Origin: Macrostomum lignano
Lineage: Eukaryota
Reading direction: 5' to 3'
DNA: 64,000 nucleotides
NCBI GenBank assembly: GCA_002269645.1
Contig: NIVC01000469.1
Span: 124,001 to 188,000, forward strand
Shown here piece by piece: positions 1-15,800 of the stretch. Every line of letters starts with the position of its first letter. Position 1 is the stretch's first letter. The notes below the pieces were generated by a model. The model did not search any database, was not told the origin of the DNA, and saw only the letters and a list, made by a program, of their open reading frames with translations. The translations under genes were made by a program, and so were the position numbers.

Positions 1-3000
1 GACTGATAAACACTGAGACTGATAGACACTGAGACTGATGGACACTGAGACTGATGGACACTGAGACTGATAAACACTGAGACTGATGGACACTGAGACT
101 GATAAACAGTGAGACTGATGGACACTGAGACTGATAAACAGTGAGACTGATGGACACTGAGACTGATGGACACTGAGACTGATGGACACTGAGACTGATA
201 AACAGTGAGACTGATGGACACGGAGACTGATGGACACTGAGACTGATAAACAGTGAGACTGATAAACAGTGAGACTGATGGACACTGAGACTGATAAACA
301 CTGAGACTGATAAACACTGAGACTGATGGACACTGAGACTGAAAAACACTGAGACTGATAAACACTCAGACTGATGGACACTGAGACTGATAAACAGTGA
401 GACTGATAAACACTGAGACTGATGGACACTCAGACTGATAAACACTGAGACTGATGGACACTGAGACTGATAAACAGTGAGACTGATGGACACTGAGACT
501 GATGGACACTGAGACTGATGGACACTGAGACTGATAAACAGTGAGACTGATGGACACTGAGACTGATAAACAGTGAGACTGATGGACACTGAGACTGATA
601 AACAGTGAGACTGATGGACGCTGAGACTGATGGACACTGAGACTGATAAACACTGAGACTGATAAACAGTGAGACTGATAAACAGTGAGACTGATGGACA
701 CTGAGACTGATGGACACTGAGACTGATGGACACTGAGACTGATAAACAGTGAGACTGATAAACAGTGAGACTGATGGACACTGAGACTGATAAACAGTGA
801 GACTGATAAACACTGAGACTGATGGACACTGAGACTGATGGACACTGAGACTGATAAACACTGAGACTGATAAACAGTGAGACTGATAAACAGTGAGACT
901 GATGGACACTGAGACTGATAAACAGTGAGACTGATAAACAGTGAGACTGATAAACACTGAGACTGATAAACAGTGATACTGATAAACACTGAGACTGATG
1001 GACACTGAGACTGATGGACACTGAGACTGATAAACACTGAGACTGATAAACAGTGAGACTGATAAACAGTGAGACTGATGGACACTGAGACTGATGGACA
1101 CTGAGACTGATGGACACTGAGACTGATAAACACTGAGACTGATGGACACTGAGACTGATAAACAGTGAGACTGATGGACACTGAGACTGATGGACACTGA
1201 GACTGATGGACACTGAGACTGATAAACACTGAGACTGATAAACAGTGAGACTGATAAACAGTGAGACTGATGGACACTGAGACTGATGGACACTGAGACT
1301 GATGGACACTGAGATGATGGACACTGAGACTGATAAACACTGAGACTGATAAACAGTGAGACTGATGGACACTGAGACTGATAAACACTGAGACTGATAA
1401 ACAGTGAGACTGATAAACAGTGAGACTGATGGACACTGAGACTGATAAACAGTGAGACTGATAAACAGTGAGACTGATGGACACTGAGACTGATGGACAC
1501 TCAGACTGATGGACACTGAGACTGATAAACACTGAGACTGATGGACACTCAGACTGATGGACACTCAGACTGATGGACACTGAGACTAATGGACACTGAG
1601 ACTGATAAACAGTGAGACTGATGGACACTGAGACTGATAAACAGTGAGACTGATGGACACTGAGACTGATAAACAGTGAGACTGATGGACACTGAGACTG
1701 ATGGACACTCAGACTGATGGACACTCAGACTGATGGACACTGAGACTGATGGACACTGAGACTGATGGACACTGAGACTGATGGACACTGAGACTGATGG
1801 ACACTGAGACTGATGGACACTCAGACTGATGGACACTCAGACTGATGGACACTCAGACTGATGGACACTGAGACTGATAAACAGTGAGACTGATGGACAC
1901 TGAGACTGATGGACACTGAGACTGATGGACACTCAGACTGATGGACACTCAGACTGATGGACACTGAGACTGATGGACACTGAGACTGATAAACAGTGAG
2001 ACTGATGGACACTGAGACTGATAAACAGTGAGACTGATGGACACTGAGACTGATAAACAGTGAGACTGATGGACACTGAGACTGATGGACACTGAGACTG
2101 ATGGACACTCAGACTGATGGACACTGAGACTGATAAACAGTGAGACTGATGGACACTGAGACTGATAAACAGTGAGACTGATGGACACTGAGACTGATAA
2201 ACAGTGAGACTGATAAACAGTGAGACTGATGGACACTGAGACTGATAAACAGTGAGACTGATAAACACTGAGACTGATGGACACTGAGACTGATGGACAC
2301 TGAGACTGATAAACACTGAGACTGATAAACAGTGAGACTGATAAACAGTGAGACTGATGGACACTGAGACTGATAAACAGTGAGACTGATAAACAGTGAG
2401 ACTGATAAACACTGAGACTGATAAACAGTGAGACTGATAAACACTGAGACTGATGGACACTGAGACTGATGGACACTGAGACTGATAAACACTGAGACTG
2501 ATAAACAGTGAGACTGATAAACAGTGAGACTGATGGACACTGAGACTGATGGACACTGAGACTGATGGACACTGAGACTGATAAACACTGAGACTGATGG
2601 ACACTGAGACTGATAAACAGTGAGACTGATGGACACTGAGACTGATGGACACTGAGACTGATGGACACTGAGACTGATAAACACTGAGACTGATAAACAG
2701 TGAGACTGATAAACAGTGAGACTGATGGACACTGAGACTGATGGACACTGAGACTGATGGACACTGAGACTGATGGACACTGAGACTGATAAACACTGAG
2801 ACTGATAAACAGTGAGACTGATGGACACTGAGACTGATAAACAGTGAGACTGATAAACAGTGAGACTGATGGACACTGAGACTGATGGACACTCAGACTG
2901 ATGGACACTGAGACTGATAAACACTGAGACTGATGGACACTCAGACTGATGGACACTCAGACTGATGGACACTGAGACTAATGGACACTGAGACTGATAA

Positions 3001-5530
3001 ACAGTGAGACTGATGGACACTGAGACTGATAAACAGTGAGACTGATGGACACTGAGACTGATAAACAGTGAGACTGATGGACACTGAGACTGATGGACAC
3101 TCAGACTGATGGACACTCAGACTGATGGACACTGAGACTGATGGACACTGAGACTGATGGACACTGAGACTGATGGACACTGAGACTGATGGACACTGAG
3201 ACTGATGGACACTCAGACTGATGGACACTCAGACTGATGGACACTCAGACTGATGGACACTGAGACTGATAAACAGTGAGACTGATGGACACTGAGACTG
3301 ATGGACACTGAGACTGATGGACACTCAGACTGATGGACACTCAGACTGATGGACACTGAGACTGATGGACACTGAGACTGATAAACAGTGAGACTGATGG
3401 ACACTGAGACTGATAAACAGTGAGACTGATGGACACTGAGACTGATAAACAGTGAGACTGATGGACACTGAGACTGATGGACACTGAGACTGATGGACAC
3501 TCAGACTGATGGACACTGAGACTGATAAACAGTGAGACTGATGGACACTGAGACTGATAAACAGTGAGACTGATGGACACTGAGACTGATGGACACTCAG
3601 ACTGATGGACACTGAGACTGATGGACACTGAGACTGATAAACAGTGAGACTGATGGACACTCAGACTGATGGACACTCAGACTGATGGACACTCAGACTG
3701 ATGGACACTGAGACTGATAAACAGTGAGACTGATGGACACTGAGACTGATGGACACTCAGACTGATGGACACTCAGACTGATGGACACTCAGACTGATGG
3801 ACACTGAGACTGATGGACACTGAGACTGATAAACAGTGAGACTGATAAACAGTGAGACTGATGGACACTGAGACTGATGGACACTGAGACTGATGGACAC
3901 TCAGACTGATGGACACTGAGACTGATAAACAGTGAGACTGATGGACACTGAGACTGATGGACACTCAGACTGATGGACACTGAGACTGATGGACACTGAG
4001 ACTGATAAACAGTGAGACTGATGGACACTCAGACTGATGGACACTCAGACTGATGGACACTGAGACTGATGGACACTGAGACTGATGGACACTCAGACTG
4101 ATGGACACTGAGACTGATAAACAGTGAGACTGATGGACACTCAGACTGATGGACACTGAGACTGATGGAAACTGAGACTGATAAACAGTGAGACTGATGG
4201 ACAATCAGACTGATGGACACTCAGACTGATGGACACTGAGACTGATGGACACTGAGACTGATAAACAGTGAGACTGATGGACACTCAGACTGATGGACAC
4301 TCAGACTGATGGACACTCAGACTGATGGACACTCAGACTGATGGACACTGAGACTGATGGACACTGAGACTGATGGACACTGAGACTGATAAACAGTGAG
4401 ACTGATAAACACTGAGACTGATGGACACTGAGACTGATGGACACTGAGACTGATGGACACTGAGACTGATGGACACTGAGACTGATAAACAGTGAGACTG
4501 ATGGACACTCAGACTGATGGACACTCAGACTGATGGACACTGAGACTGATGGACACTGAGACTGATAAACAGTGAGACTGATGGACACTCAGACTGATGG
4601 ACACTCAGACTGATGGACACTCAGACTGATGGACACTCAGACTGATGGACACTGAGACTGATGGACACTGAGACTGATGGACACTGAGACTGATAAACAG
4701 TGAGACTGATAAACACTGAGACTGATGGACACTGAGACTGATGGACACTCAGACTGATGGACACTCAGACTGATGGACACTGAGACTGATGGACACTCAG
4801 ACTGATGGACACTGAGACTGATAAACAGTGAGACTGATAAACACTGAGACTGATAAACAGTGAGACTGATAAACACTGAGACTGATAAACACTGAGACTG
4901 ATAAACACTGAGACTGATAAACACTGAGACTGATAAACACTGAGACTGATAGACACTGAGACTGATAAACACTGAGACTGATGGATACTGAGACTGATAA
5001 ACAGTGAGACTGATAGACACTGAGACTGATAAACACTGAGACTGATGGATACTGAGACTGATAAACACTGAGACTGATGGACACTGAGACTGATAAACAC
5101 TGAGACTGATAAACAGTGAGACTGATAAACACTGAGACTGATAAACACTGAGACTGATAAACAGTGAGACTGATGGACACTGAGACTGATAGACACTGAG
5201 ACTGATGGACACTGAGACTGATGGACACTGAGACTGATGGACACTGAGACTGATGGACACTGAGACTGATGGACACTGAGACTGATAGACACTGAGACTG
5301 ATGGACACTGAGACTGATGGACACTGAGACTGATAGACACTGAGACTGATGGACACTGAGACTGATAGACACTGAGACTGATGGACACTGAGACTGATGG
5401 ACACTGAGACTGATGGACACTGAGACTGATAGACACTGAGACTGATGGACACTGAGACTGATGGACACTGAGACTGATAGACACTGAGACTGATGGACAC
5501 TGAGACTGATGGACACTCAGACTGTTGGAC
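1..5530. repeat. 16-bp minisatellite array (GAGACTGATGGACACT / GAGACTGATAAACAGT variants), open at the window start
   Basis: Directly visible 16-bp period with a few recurrent variants (TGGA/TAAA/TAGA, CACT/CAGT, GAGA/CAGA). It explains the MSISLSVHQSQCPSV-type ORFs. Confidence 0.98.
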
Positions 5531-5533
5531 ATT

Positions 5534-6149
5534 CAGACAAATAAGACAGGCAGACAAATAAGACAGGCAGACAAATAAGACATTCAGACAAATAATTGCA
5601 GACAAATAAGACAGGCAGACAAATAAGACAGGCAGACAAATAAGACAGGCAGACAAATAAGACAGGCAGACAAATAAGACAGGCAGACAAATAAGACAGG
5701 CAGACAAATAAGACAGGCAGACAAATAAGACAGGCAGACAAATAAGACAGGCAGACAAATAAGACAGGCAGACAAATAAGACAGGCAGACAGATAAGACA
5801 GGCAGACAAATAAGACAGGCAGACAAATAAGACAGGCAGACAAATAAGACAGGCAGACAAATAAGACAGGCAGACAAATAAGACAGGCAGACAAATAAGA
5901 CAGGCAGACAGATAAGACAGGCAGACAAATAAGACAGGCAGACAAATAAGACAGGCAGACAAATAAGACAGGCAGACAAATAAGACAGGCAGACAAATAA
6001 GACAGGCAGACAAATAAGACAGGCAGACAAATAAGACAGGCAGACAAATAAGACAGGCAGACAGATAAGACAGGCAGACAAATAAGACAGGCAGACAAAT
6101 AAGACAGGCAGACAAATAAGACAGGCAGACAAATAAGACAGGCAGACAA
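5534..6149. repeat. 17-bp minisatellite (CAGACAAATAAGACAGG)n
   Basis: Near-perfect 17-bp period; the antisense ORF repeats every 17 aa (3x17 nt). Confidence 0.97.
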
Positions 6150-6756
6150 GATTGCTCGTACAGACCAGGAGGCAGACAGCGGTCATAAACTAGTCATCAG
6201 GAAAGTACATTGAAGCTCCCTCGGGCTATATTACGGTCAGCGCCTGGTTTAGAGGATCTAGAGATGACCTCTAAAATGATTTTGTCAAACACGCTTATTG
6301 CTTGATTCGAAAAAAACGGTTACTCTGCTCGGAATGCCGCTGTACAGTGATGATTTTTCACAAGGCGCCTCCTGTTTGCTTATCTGCTCAGTGAGCAGCC
6401 CTGCCAGCAATCAGTGGCTTTTGTCCAAGCAATGCCCTGAGTTATAGGCACAAATAAACTTTTCTTGGGAATTCAATTTACCAAGACTACCCGAGGCACC
6501 TGGCGGTCCAGGCACTTTCACTTCCACCGCGTCAGTGGACAGGCATAGAAACGGAAAAGTGGCAAAAAGAGATGTTTTAAAGGAACGAGCCTAGCTTTCT
6601 TTTTTCTCCCGTTCTTGAAGCAAGCTTAATGGACAGTGCGTGACTTCGGACGGCTTGAAGGGGCTTAGGAGAAAGCGAAGTTTGTCAAAGAGAAAGAGAG
6701 GGCGAGAGAGAGGCTTGAGTTGGAGCCAAGTGTGACGGAGCCCATCTACTAATCAC

Positions 6757-6796
6757 TTTATATACCAGTGGCTCTAACGCACCATTCATTCAGTCC
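6757..6796 (+). promoter_or_regulatory. Possible TATA + Initiator core promoter
   Basis: TTTATATA at 6757-6764, followed about 30 nt later by TCATTC/TCAGTC (Inr-like). No downstream gene was identified. Confidence 0.25.
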
Positions 6797-7313
6797 CTCC
6801 CTCTCGCACGCTTCCGCCTCTTCTCCTCTTAATGCTTCTCCATCTGATCTGATGAGCCAGAGCTCTCAGCCTCCCTCCCCATCTCCCCAGACAATGGGAT
6901 GAGGCGAAGGGAAACCAACGAGGGAGGGATTTTTCCAGCAACGTGAGCCTGCTATTGTGAGCTGGCCTCGGGAGGAAGGAAGAAAGGAAGCGAGGCTTCA
7001 AGAGCGCAAATTGATGGATAAAGACCAGCGATGAATGACCGCAAGCTGCCGTCTGAACCTCACGGCCTGAGCCTGCGGGTCCCAGCCGCTCGGTTGGGAA
7101 GAAACTATTTCTTGGGCTGGAGCTTCCAAAGCTTGAATTTCTTGTGTAGTTTATTCTAATACATTGTGTGCACAATGCATTAAGCCAGCCCAGCTCCCGT
7201 GCAGCTGAATGCCTCAGTTTATCGTCTTGTAGGCTGTGGGCTTCTGGGCTGCTTGCTCTTCATCACTGCGCCTTCTTTACTGAGTAAACTATTGTACTGC
7301 TTTTCTCTGGGCC

Positions 7314-9850
<2,537 letters not shown>

Positions 9851-9859
9851 TAGTGTTCT

Positions 9860-12800
9860 ACTGTCTGTGTGTTTACGTGGACTTTTTGGAAGTTCAGTAG
9901 CCTCGTTAGCTGGACCAACCGGTGTAGGTAGACCACTTAGGTGGACCACCAAATAATTTTGTCTCTGGTGGGGTTAAGACGTTGATGAGGATCTCACATT
10001 AATGTCAGGCGGGTCAAGAAAGGCTTAAGCAATTTTGGGATGTCTAGCATGGATTTTTCCAAAGTTATTTGCATTTCAGTTTAGCTGGACCTCCAGCCTG
10101 GTCTACCTAAACCGAGCGAGTCTGGTCCACGTAAACCGAAAAATTTTAGAAAATTTTTCGAAAATCGTCTGTTTGTGTCTGTTTGTGTCTGTTTGTGTCT
10201 GTTTGTGTATAGCAGTTATTAAGCATAGATTCAATGCAAAACTGAATTTTTTACAGATCATTACCTTACGAACAAAGGGCTATGTTGGCATCATATTATG
10301 ACCGCTACTGGCTTTAAAACAATATGCGTTCAGTTCTTTGACATTCAAGTAGGTGCGCAGGTTAATTAAAAATTCTGAAACCTCGTATGCGAAATGAATT
10401 TGATACAGTAAACTTTAAACTCCATTTAATTAGCTCAGTTCCAGCAATTCCGGTATCGTACTCTGAGCACAGACTCACAGAGTAAGACACCAACGTAAAG
10501 AAATCCAATTCGCTAACCATATCAAACGATAAAGACTCCGAGACAAGAAAGATATTTAAGTGAAGCTTAAATAGTATTCTTCAATGACTTCTCAAGAACT
10601 CCCAGTGGTCCTTGATAGCCACACTGTGTAAATGCGAATTTCTAAGGCTCTACCATTACACAAGAAGAAAATAGCAACTTCATGAATTAAGTGCTTGCCA
10701 ATTCTATCCTAAACACTATGGGATATCCTGTTCTATCCTCCTCCAATGTTGGAAGAAGAAGATCCTAAGCTGCAGCCTTTCAAGTGCAAAGTTGAAGATG
10801 CAATTTACCTAATTGAAAAGGACAATTCATACATGTACATGCAAAAGATTTGATCAAGAGGACGCAATTAAGAAGGGCCTTTTAGCTAGCGATCGGGTCT
10901 CTGACTCTCTAGCAAAAGGTCGACTTGATTGCGGTCCCAGTAAAACTAAGAACGCATTAACAGTCAGCCTAACACTCACTGTCTGTTTGGTCCACGTAAA
11001 CACATGTGCAGGAGTATAGGGTTGGAACAGACAGACAGACAGACCTCCCTTTCTATAATTGGCTGGTTAACACTTAGGAGGATAGATCCACCCCAACAAT
11101 GGGACCGACCGCAGCCAATAGGAAACCCGCAAGCGTTCTGAAGGTAAGACAGTGGAGAGAGGGATATATAATGTCTAAGCGGGTGGTCCACGTAAACCAT
11201 GGCGTAGTGAGACCAGACACAGACAGTTTAAAAGAAAGTACTTATAATCCATACTATACAACTCTAAAGGATTGCAATTGTATAGATTAGAACGGTTTTT
11301 TATACTTAATAGGTCTAATGTTAATCCTTACTCCAAGTTTCATCCATATATAAATTTATTGTGCCAAAAACTGTAATCTACAACCAAGATATGATGACCC
11401 GCAAAAAAGGACGCCAAGCCTAAAATAAAAACTAAAAAAACACCGTCGCAAAAAGCCACAGCGAAATCGAAGAAGCCGCATCGCCTGGTGAAAATCATCA
11501 GTCTGCTCGCAAATCCGTCGACACCAAGTCCAGAAAAGTGAGTTTCGTTTGATGATCTCAAAGTAGCTAGCTGCAGGCCTGCAACTCAATTGCTGTAGAG
11601 AAGCTGGTCCACCTAACCTACAGACACAACTGAATCAGCTCTCTCAGTCTGTTTGAGGCTTTGGCTCTCAGAAGGTGGTCCACCTAACCTACAGACACAA
11701 CTCGAACAGATTTCTCTGTCTGTTTGAGGCTCTGGCTCTCAGAGCCGCCGAGAAAGTTTAGTGCCGAGAATGCTTCAGTTTGTTAGAATGCAATCAGAAC
11801 AGATTCCTAGAAAGTGAGCTAGTCCAGCATCGAGGTAGAACATCTGGATGTGTAACGAGAGGCTCTCGGAGATTCCTGGCTCAGATTATCGCCTAGAAGT
11901 GCTGTGGAGTAGCTGGTCCACCTAACCTACAGACACAACTCGAACAGATTTCTCTGTCTTTTTAGGGCTCTGGCTCTTAGGTGGTCCACATAACCTACAG
12001 ACACAACTGAAGCAGCTCTCTCAGTCTGTTTGAGGCTTTGGCTCTCGGTAGCTGGTCCACCTAACCTACAGACACAACTCGAACAGATTTCTCTGTCTGT
12101 TTAAGGCTCTGGCTCTCAGAGCCGCCGAGAAAGTTTAGTGCAGAAATGCTTCAGTTTGTTAGAATGCAATCAGAACAGATTCCTAGAAAGTGAGCTAGTC
12201 CAGCATCAAGGCAGAACATCTGGATGTGTAACGAAAGTCTCTCGGAGACTCCTGGCTCAGATTATCGCCTAGAAGTGCTTTGGAGTAGCTGGTCCACCTA
12301 ACCTACAGACACAACTCGAACAGATTTCTCTGTCTGTTTGAGGCTCTGGCTCTTAGAGCCGCCGAGAAAGTTTAGTGCCGAGAATGCTTCAGTTTGTAGA
12401 ATGCAATCAGAACAGATTCCTAGAAAGTGAGCTAGTCCAGCATCAAGGCAGAACATCTGGATGTGTAACGAGAGGCTCTCGGAGATTCCTGGCTCAGATT
12501 ATCGCCTAGAAGTGCTGTAGAATAGCTGGTCCACCTAACCTACAGACACAACTCGAACAGATTTCTCTGTCTGTTTGAGGCTCTGGCTCTCAGAGCCGCC
12601 GAGAAAGTTTAGTGCCGAGAATGCTTCAGTTTGTTAGAATGCAATCAGAACAGATTCCTAGAAAGTGAGCTAGTCCAGCATCAAGGCAGAACATCTGGAT
12701 GTGTAACGAGAGGCTCTCGGAGATTCCTGGCTCAGATTATCGCCTAGAAGTGCTGTAGAATAGCTGGTCCACCTAACCTACAGACACAACTCGAACAGAT

Positions 12801-15800
12801 TTCTCTGTCTGTTTGAGGCTCTGGCTCTCAGAGCCGCCGAGAAAGTTTAGTGCCGAGAATGCTTCAGTTTGTTAGAATGCAATCAGAACAGATTCCTAGA
12901 AAGTGAGCTAGTCCAGCATCAAGGCAGAACATCTGGATGTGTAACGAGAGGCTCTCGGAGATTCCTGGCTCAGATTATCGCCTAGAAGTGCTGTAGAATA
13001 GCTGGTCCACCTAACCTACAGACACAACTCGAACAGATTTCTCTGTCTGTTTGAGGCTCTGGCTCTCAGAGCCGCCGAGAAAGTTTAGTGCCGAGAATGC
13101 TTCAGTTTGTTAGAATGCAATCAGAACAGATTCCTAGAAAGTGAGCTAGTCCAGCATCAAGGCAGAACATCTGGATGTGTAACGAAAGTCTCTCGGAGAT
13201 CCTGGCTCAGATTATCGCCTAGAAGTGCTTTGGAGTAGCTGGTCCACCTAACCTACAGACACAACTCGAACAGATTTCTCTGTCTGTTTAGGCTCTGGCT
13301 CTTAGGTGGTCCACATAACCTACAGACACAACTGAAGCAGCTCTCTCAGTCTGTTTGAGGCTTTGGCTCTCAGTAGCTGGTCCACCTAACCTACAGACAC
13401 AACTCGAACAGATTTCTCTGTCTGTTTAAGGCTCTGGCTCTCAGAGCCGCCGAGAAAGTTTAGTGCAGAAAATGCTTCAGTTTGTTAGAATGCAATCAGA
13501 ACAGATTCCTAGAAAGTGAGCTAGTCCAGCATCAAGGCAGAACATCTGGATGTGTAACGAAAGTCTCTCGAGACTCCTGGCTCAGATTATCGCCTAGAAG
13601 TGCTGTGGAGTAGCTGGTCCACCTAACCTACAGACACAACTCGAACAGATTTCTCTGTCTGTTTGAGGCTCTGGCTCTTAGAGCCGCCGAGAAAGTTTAG
13701 TGCCGAGAATGCTTCAGTTTGTAGAATGCAATCAGAACAGATTCCTAGAAAGTGAGCTAGTCCAGCATCAAGGCAGAACATCTGGATGTGTAACGAGAGG
13801 CTCTCGGAGATTCCTGGCTCAGATTATCGCCTAGAAGTGCTGTAGAATAGCTGGTCCACCTAACCTACAGACACAACTCGAACAGATTTCTCTGTCTGTT
13901 TGAGGCTCTGGCTCTCAGAGCCGCCGAGAAAGTTTAGTGCCGAGAATGCTTCAGTTTGTTAGAATGCAATCAGAACAGATTCCTAGAAAGTGAGCTAGTC
14001 CAGCATCAAGGCAGAACATCTGGATGTGTAACGAAAGTCTCGGAGACTCCTGGCTCAGATTATCGCCTAGAAGTGCTTTGGAGTAGCTGGTCCACCTAAC
14101 CTACAGACACAACTCGAACAGATTTCTCTGTCTGTTTGAGGCTCTGGCTCTTAGAGCCGCCGAGAAAGTTTAGTGCCGAGAATGCTTCAGTTTGTAAGAA
14201 TGCAATCAGAACAGATTCCTAGAAAGTGAGCTAGTCCAGCATCAAGGCAGAACATCTGGATGTGTAACGAGAGGCTCTCGGAGATTCCTGGCTCAGATTA
14301 TCGCCTAGAAGTGCTGTAGAATAGCTGGTCCACCTAACCTACAGACACAACTCGAACAGATTTCTCTGTCTGTTTGAGGCTCTGGCTCTCAGAGCCGCCG
14401 AGAAAGTTTAGTGCCGAGAATGCTTCAGTTTGTTAGAATGCAATCAGAACAGATTCCTAGAAAGTGAGCTAGTCCAGCATCAAGGCAGAACATCTGGATG
14501 TGTAACGAGAGGCTCTCGGAGATTCCTGGCTCAGATTATCGCCTAGAAGTGCTGTAGAATAGCTGGTCCACCTAACCTACAGACACAACTCGAACAGATT
14601 TCTCTGTCTGTTTGAGGCTCTGGCTCTCAGAGCCGCCGAGAAAGTTTAGTGCCGAGAATGCTTCAGTTTGTTAGAATGCAATCAGAACAGATTCCTAGAA
14701 AGTGAGCTAGTCCAGCATCAAGGCAGAACATCTGGATGTGTAACGAGAGGCTCTCGGAGATTCCTGGCTCAGATTATCGCCTAGAAGTGCTGTAGAATAG
14801 CTGGTCCACCTAACCTACAGACACAACTCGAACAGATTTCTCTGTCTGTTTGAGGCTCTGGCTCTCAGAGCCGCCGAGAAGTTTAGTGCCGAGAATGCTT
14901 CAGTTTGTTAGAATGCAATCAGAACAGATTCCTAGAAAGTGAGCTAGTCCAGCATCAAGGCAGAACATCTGGATGTGTAACGAAAGTCTCTCGGAGACTC
15001 CTGGCTCAGATTATCGCCTAGAAGTGCTTTGGAGTAGCTGGTCCACCTAACCTACAGACACAACTCGAACAGATTTCTCTGTCTGTTTAGGGCTCTGGCT
15101 CTTAGGTGGTCCACATAACCTACAGACACAACTGAAGCAGCTCTCTCAGTCTGTTTGAGGCTTTGGCTCTCAGTAGCTGGTCCACCTAACCTACAGACAC
15201 AACTCGAACAGATTTCTCTGTCTGTTTAAGGCTCTGGCTCTCAGAGCCGCCGAGAAAGTTTAGTGCAGAAAATGCTTCAGTTTGTTAGAATGCAATCAGA
15301 ACAGATTCCTAGAAAGTGAGCTAGTCCAGCATCAAGGCAGAACATCTGGATGTGTAACGAAAGTCTCTCGGAGACTCCTGGCTCAGATTATCGCCTAGAA
15401 GTGCTGTGGAGTAGCTGGTCCACCTAACCTACAGACACAACTCGAACAGATTTCTCTGTCTGTTTGAGGCTCTGGCTCTTAGAGCCGCCGAGAAAGTTTA
15501 GTGCCGAGAATGCTTCAGTTTGTAAGAATGCAATCAGAACAGATTCCTAGAAAGTGAGCTAGTCCAGCATCAAGGCAGAACATCTGGATGTGTAACGAGA
15601 GGCTCTCGGAGATTCCTGGCTCAGATTATCGCCTAGAAGTGCTGTAGAATAGCTGGTCCACCTAACCTACAGACACAACTCGAACAGATTTCTCTGTCTG
15701 TTTGAGGCTCTGGCTCTCAGAGCCGCCGAGAAAGTTTAGTGCCGAGAATGCTTCAGTTTGTTAGAATGCAATCAGAACAGATTCCTAGAAAGTGAGCTAG

